This document shows positions 46,555 to 64,000 of a DNA stretch of 64,000 bases, in pieces. Every line of letters starts with the position of its first letter. The first letter of the stretch is position 1. The notes beneath the pieces were generated by a model. It searched no databases. It was given only the letters and a program-made list of their open reading frames with translations, and had not been told where the DNA came from. The position numbers and the translations under genes were made by a program. This DNA comes from the human T2T-CHM13v2.0 reference genome, Homo sapiens: assembly GCF_009914755.1 (NCBI RefSeq), contig NC_060930.1; one strand, given 5' to 3'.

Positions 46555-46905
46555 GGTTCCCTTCCTATTCCAAGCTTCCATAGCTGCTGCCCTAGTTTTC
46601 TTTCCTCCTTTCCTCCTCTGACTTGGGGACCTTTTGGGGGAGGGCTGCGACGCTTGCTCTGTTTGTGGGGTGACGGGACTCAGGCGGGACAGTGCTGCAG
46701 CTCCCTGGCTTCTGTGGGGCCCCTCACCTACTTACCCAGGTGGGTCCCGGCTCTGTGGGTGATGGGGAGGGGCATTGCTGACTGTGTATATAGGATAATT
46801 ATGAAAAGCAGTTCTGGATGGTGTGCCTTCCAGATCCTCTCTGGGGCTGTGTTTTGAGCAGCAGGTAGCCTGCTGGTTTTATCTGAGTGAAATACTGTAC
46901 AGGGG

Positions 46906-46955
46906 AATAAAAGAGATCTTATTTTTTTTTTTATACTTGGCGTTTTTTGAATAAA
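46906..46955 (+). terminator. Two polyadenylation signals AATAAA (46906-46911, 46950-46955)
   Basis: Canonical hexamers, upstream TGTA at 46896-46899, U/GU-rich sequence downstream. Confidence 0.9.
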
Positions 46956-47519
46956 AACCTTTTGTCTTAACTCGTGGCTTCTAATCGTCTGTGCGGAGGC
47001 ATTGCTAACCTGCATTTATTGAGCATTTGGTAAGTGCCAAAGAATTGTAGGAGAAAGGAATTCTCAGCCTAAATCTGGCTTCCTTCAACATTGGGATTTC
47101 TAGGATAGTCATCTTCCTGAAACGAATGTATGGTCAAGGGGTAGGACCAGTATTGTCAAAATTTGGGCAATATCTGGCATGGGAGGCCTAATAAAATAAC
47201 CTTTTCCAGATTACAATTTTAAAGCTATGCAAATAGGATAGATGTGACAATTTTCAAGTGTTCAATAGCCATTTATGGCTAGTGGCCACCTCATATAAAA
47301 CATCATTGCAGAAAGTTCTATTGGATGGGGCTGATCTAGAGATAACAAATACATACCTATTACCAAACTAACCCTTGAAGCTTTTATCAGTTGTCTGCCA
47401 CTGATAGTAAAACATTTTGAGCATGTCCCCTTGGTACACGTGAAGTTTATTGAAAAACTATTGCCTCTATTACTCTCGGTTCCTGATTCAAGTTTCCTTC
47501 ACCTTTAGTGTGAGGTTTA

Positions 47520-48375
47520 GTTTCTTTTCGAGACTGAGTCTCTGTCAACCAGGCTGGACCAGCTGGCGTGCCACTGCCAGTGGCACGATCTCGGCTCACT
47601 GCAACTTTCACTTCCCGGGTTCAAGCAGTTCTACCTCAGCCTCCTGAGTAGCTGGGATTACAGGCGCCCGCTGCCACGCCCAGCTAATTTTTGTATTTTA
47701 GTAGAGACAGGGTTTTACCATGTTGGCCAGGCTGGTCTCGAGCTCCTTGACCTTATGATCCGCCTGCTTCAGCCACCCAAAGTGCTAGGATTACAGGTGT
47801 GAGCCATCGTGCTCCGCAGCCTTTTTTTTTTTTTTTTTGAGATGGAGTGTCGCTCTGTTGCCCAGGCTGGGGTGCAGTGGTGCAATCTAGGCTCATCGCA
47901 AGCTCCGCCTCCCGGGTTTTAAGTGATTATCCTGTCTCAGCCTCCCGAGAAGTTGGGATTACAGGCATGTGCCACCAGGCCAGCTAATTTTGTATTAGTA
48001 GATACGGGGTTTCGCCATGTTGGCCAGGCTGGTTTGGAACTCCTGACTTCAAGTGATCTGCCTGCCTTGGCCTCCCAAAGTGCTGGGATTACAGGCGTGG
48101 GCCACCGCGCCTGGCCTAGTCTTTAACAATAGTATAATTTATTATGCAGCATAGAAAAAATAATAGAACGGTGTGGTGACACTAAAGTCGTGACCAGATA
48201 AGACCCAGTCTACAAAAAATAAGTGAAAATTAGCTGAGCGTGGTGGCATACACCTGTAGTCCTACCTATGCAGGAGGCTGAGGCAGGAGGATCGCTTGAA
48301 CCCAGGAGCTCCAAGGTTGCAGTGAGTTATGATCACGCTATTGCACTCCAGCCTGGGCAACAGGTAACCCCACTT

Positions 48376-48411
<36 letters not shown>
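47520..48411. mobile_element. Alu - (47520-47818), Alu - (47822-48116), partial AluJ + (48200-48378), (AC)n (48379-48411)
   Basis: Alu consensus; AC run. Confidence 0.9.
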
Positions 48412-48413
<2 letters not shown>

Positions 48414-49664
48414 AGTGGATGGGTAGAAATGTGAGTTTGACTTAAGGTTTCCCCCTCTGATGTGTTTGACAAAGGGCTAATATTGGGAGTAGGTGAAATG
48501 TTAGCTCTGCCATTTTCTTACTGCTTATTCTTGAATAATTAGTATTTTTAGTCCATGGTTTCTTTGCAGGGATCTGTTTAATAGGCCCTTTGTCCATTTT
48601 GTGTGAGTTTAGTTAAACTGGATGGCAAGACCCATGAATCCACTTTGTACGTGTGGCCTGAATACATCCTGATATTTTGAAAGCACACTGGAGTGCCATT
48701 GTCAATTCATATATTAAGTATTGGTAAATGTTGGTTTCTTGTTTCTTTATAAATATCCACAGTTATAATACTCCCTCCCTGGGGGTCATCATGCTCCCAA
48801 CCCTCAATGCATCCACACACCCTTTGGACACTGGCCCATATGCACCCTCGAGGTTGCTGGAGGGTGCAGACTATAATACCCCTCACTCCTCATTGGGTTC
48901 TGGTGTATGTCTACCCTTAAGCTTAGACTAGATCCCATACCTCAGCTCAGCCCCCATGTGGCTATAAAGAGGAAGGAAGGATGTCTTGGTTCTGGGGGGC
49001 TGATTTTCTGAGGTTCCCCTTTTCTCTAATCTCTCCCATCCCCCACACAACATACACACACTACCAACATCTTGGAGCCTGAGGGTTGCATGCTTCGTCC
49101 TTTCCAGTAAAGCTGACACTTGGATAATTAAAAGTTGCCGCAAACTATTAACGAAATCAGGCAAAGCCCCACCCTTCTCTTTCTCGAAGTGAGTTTCTGG
49201 CAGTTTCCCCATCTAATGAGACTGCTGCGGGAGAATAGAAGAAAGTATCTCTGAATAAAGACAGATCGTGCTCCTGTTGGATGCAAGAGATTAAGAGTTT
49301 TAGGGGGAGGGTGAAAGGTCATATTTAATCTCTTCTCAGGGGCAGTTTGACATCTAGCGTGGAAAGGGAATCAGATAACCAATAAGTCTGCGGGGGATCA
49401 ATGTCATGGCCAGAGGAATATAGAGAGCAATGGTTAAAAGCATTGACTTGGGAATCAGCCTTGAGCTTACTTATCTAGAAACCTTGGGCAAGTTATTACA
49501 CCCTCTAAAACTAATCTCTAAACAGAGATACTCCTGGATTGGATTATTAGGAGACTGGGTTAAATAACAGATATACTTACATACAGAAAAACTACTATCT
49601 CCCGCTTACGGATGCATACACATGTAGCAAAAGTACAAAGAAGTACAGGGTGGGGTAGGGTGTG

Positions 49665-51882
<2,218 letters not shown>

Positions 51883-52111
51883 ATGATAAGCTTTTAAAAG
51901 TGATGAATATATTTGTGCGTATCATGTAGGAGGCAGCAGATGGAGTTATTACTGCCCTTGGCTGAGGGGATCTGGGAAGGCTTCAAAGAGGAGGTGGCAT
52001 TTCACCTGGATTTTGAAGGATGGAGCCTTAGCCTGCTTCCCTGTAAAATAGGCACCAAACATGCAGATGGAGCAGAGAAATCTGGATGTGCTAAATGTTT
52101 TTCCCCCACTA

Positions 52112-53105
<994 letters not shown>

Positions 53106-53124
53106 TTATGGTCCCATTGACTCA

Positions 53125-54632
<1,508 letters not shown>

Positions 54633-55371
54633 TGATGCAGTTATGTATCCACATTTCACAGATGGGGATAACAGATGTGCAGAGCAGTAAATTTCATGTC
54701 AAAGGCCACATATTAGGTAGTGGTCAGGTCAGAATTTGGACCTAGGCCATCTGTGGTTCTATGGTCATCCAGACTCCGCGATCTTGGCTCACTGCAAACA
54801 TTTGTGTGGATTAGCCACCTCAAGGTCCCTTCAGGGCCCAGGATCTGGAGGTGAGAATGGTTCTTCCCCAGACTCCAGAGTTGGGTAAGCCATTCTGTTC
54901 TGTGGAAATAGTCATTATGAACTCCTGTAAACTATCTTTCACTTGGGCCTGGCTGGGGAGGAAGAGTTGGAGGCTGAAAAGGGAGAAGAAAGGGGACCCG
55001 GGGGGGTTGGGGTGGGGCAGGGGCACATTTCTTGTAAATGTTGCTCAGCTCCTTCAACTGCTGTGCTGGTTCTTGGAAACCTTCACCACAAAAGACCTAT
55101 CAAGAACAGTGTTAAAAAAGATATGGCCTCATCCCCCAGTTCATTTCCTGCCCAGCCTTGCACTACTAACCCCGATTGCCAAGAGCAAGGTTGCAGTGTC
55201 CCCTCAGCAGTGCTGTGGGAGGAAGTGCAAAAATAAGCAGAACTAGGGGCAAGACCAGAGGACTGTCTTTATTTTTATTTATTATAACAGGACATCCGAT
55301 GTACAGAAGTGGATTCATCATAATCCTTGGCTCATCGTATATTCTCATCCTTGGTCCAAGAATGGTCTTTT

Positions 55372-55374
<3 letters not shown>

Positions 55375-55415
<41 letters not shown>
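55375..55415. repeat. (TA)~20 microsatellite at the tail of a minus-strand Alu (55420-55696)
   Basis: Read directly. Confidence 0.95.
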
Positions 55416-55418
<3 letters not shown>

Positions 55419-55421
55419 TAA

Positions 55422-55724
<303 letters not shown>

Positions 55725-55864
55725 TAGTGAATCCACCACCCAGCTCAAAAAACAGAATATTAACAATGACATCCATCTATCTATATGATCCTCTCTTAGT
55801 CCATTTCTTACCTCCCCCAGATACAACCCACTGTCCTAAATTTTGTGTTTGGCATTCTCTTACT

Positions 55865-58848
<2,984 letters not shown>

Positions 58849-59522
58849 TAATGTAAGGAGAGCATAAAAAAGCACTCCAAGGGGGCAGTGCTGTACCCTG
58901 GGGCGCATTCCTTCCCTGGGGCCTGGGGTGGGGGCCGGGGGGCTACAGGAGGGAGCAGGGACCAGAGCTGGGGGCTCTGCATACGTGTCCAGAAGGCTGC
59001 CTGACAAGAGCTGTGACCTTCCTTTGAGAAATCAGCCTGTATAACCCAACCCTGTGGGAGCCACCCTCTCATCTCCCAGCAGGGCCTCCCATTGAACCAA
59101 CTGGAAGCCAGAAGGCAGGGAGTCTGGGGTGCTGCAGTCTGCGTAGTTCCCTCTCTAGGGCAGGGAGCAGCTCCTGGGAGGCCAAGGAGACACCCAGCAC
59201 CGCTGCTTTCCCCTCATGACTAATTCCTGGAACTCCAGCACCGAGCTCGCTCCTGAGCTCCAGGCCTCCCAGATACCCCTGCCCAGGGGCTCCCAGACAC
59301 CGGGTCACTCAGTACCATTGTGTGCTGGAGGGAAGACACCCCCAACTCTGAACCCCACCCTGCCACAACTCGCCTTTCAGCTCCACTCAGGAAGTGCCTG
59401 AGAGACACAGATGCTCACGTATTTCTAAGTGAAAATACATTTTTTTAGTTCTGCTTATAAAAAAGGCACATGTTTTTTTATAAAAATAATAATATAAAGT
59501 GAATTAAAGTTATGTGATGTAA

Positions 59523-59768
<246 letters not shown>

Positions 59769-59891
59769 TAGTAACCTTTTCCCACTTAACAAAGTGCTGT
59801 TGGTATGTTTCCATTTCAAGAACTATGGACAAACACAATCATTTTGATATGGCCATAATGTGGATGTACATAATTAATTTTGGTAATTTCC

Positions 59892-60422
<531 letters not shown>

Positions 60423-60634
60423 ATAATTAATTTTGGTAATTTCCAAAATTCCACCATTTTATATATAAAATGCTCCATTAATAGACAGGGCTTTGGGCAG
60501 AGATTATTGCCTATACAGATATGCATTATCCTTTTCTTCCTTGGTGATAGACTTCTAATTTTTATTTTTAAAATTATTTTATTATTACATTTATTTTATT
60601 ATTAAATTAAATAGTAATTTGTTATTATTACTCT

Positions 60635-63472
<2,838 letters not shown>

Positions 63473-63489
63473 ATAATACATATTTTTTA

Positions 63490-63770
63490 AAAAAAAACTT
63501 TATTGAGGGGTAATTTACATACACTAAATAGCACTCATTTTAAGCACGCAGTTTGATGTGTTTTGACAAACGTACAGGCCCCTGTAACCATGACCACAAT
63601 CAGGATACAGAACGTTTCCACCACCCCCAAAAGTTCCCGGGCCCTTTGCATTCAATCTCCCCATCCCACCCTCACTGGCCCCAGGCAACCACAGATCTGC
63701 TTTCTGTCACTGTAGATTAGGTTTGCCTGTTGTAGGATTTTATTTAAGTGGTGTCATACATCATGTGCTT
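63490..63770 (-). mobile_element. Old L1M 3' end fragment
   Basis: TTTATTGAGGGGTAATTTACATAC...CCCCAGGCAACCACAGATCTGCTTTCTGTCAC. Confidence 0.8.
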
Positions 63771-64000
63771 ATTTATGGGAATGATGATTTATTGGGTGCC
63801 TAGCATGTGACAGACACTTTATAAGTGTATAGTCATTTCCCTTTTAGAGACTAGTAAATCAAGACTCCAAAATGGAATAATTTACCAAGGTCACATGGCT
63901 AGTAAAAGGCAGAGTAGAATTCTAAGTTTATGTGTCCCCAAGTTTAGGGTCTTTCCTTACACACTGCATTGCTGGCCAGGCGCAGTGGTTCATGCCTGTA

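Larger units (their letters stand above)
45634..46972 (+). other. PIM1: PIM1 3'UTR
   Basis: From the stop to about 15 nt past the distal AATAAA; repeat-free; exact end inferred. Confidence 0.88.

Noticed and set aside
58870-58892. CTCF-like CTCCAAGGGGGCAGTG
   Set aside because: Several mismatches in the 5' half of the core; probably within a decayed LTR

Overview
Primate (human-type) genomic DNA, very Alu-rich, centred on one complete protein-coding gene, the PIM1 Ser/Thr kinase proto-oncogene on the + strand. It has a TATA-less CpG-island promoter (~40.8-43.2 kb) and six coding exons (42119-42200, 42316-42422, 42524-42574, 42668-43034, 44538-44714, 45476-45633; 942 nt = 313 aa + stop, all GT-AG introns). 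An in-frame CUG at 41846 gives the 404-aa long isoform. The ~1.3 kb 3'UTR carries a G-quadruplex, an AU-rich element, many miRNA seed matches and two AATAAA signals. The flanks are intergenic: many dozens of Alu/FLAM copies (often nested, with readable target-site duplications), MIR, L2, L1, MER5, MER58, MaLR/ERVL LTRs and microsatellites, broken by unique islands that may be enhancers. Almost all other ORFs in the track are Alu or GC-rich artefacts. I cannot establish a new biological system from sequence alone. The best leads are: (i) the PIM1 frame stays open through the whole leader, including a (CAG)8CAA tract, back to upstream ATGs; (ii) a GGGAGGGCGCGCC motif shared in inverted orientation between exon 1 and intron 2; (iii) a near-consensus unused donor in intron 5 that would give a premature stop; (iv) a possibly leaky UAG-CAG-CC stop; (v) an Alu-(AT)n-inverted-Alu structure 3' of the gene. 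Repeat boundaries and subfamily names were read by eye and are approximate.
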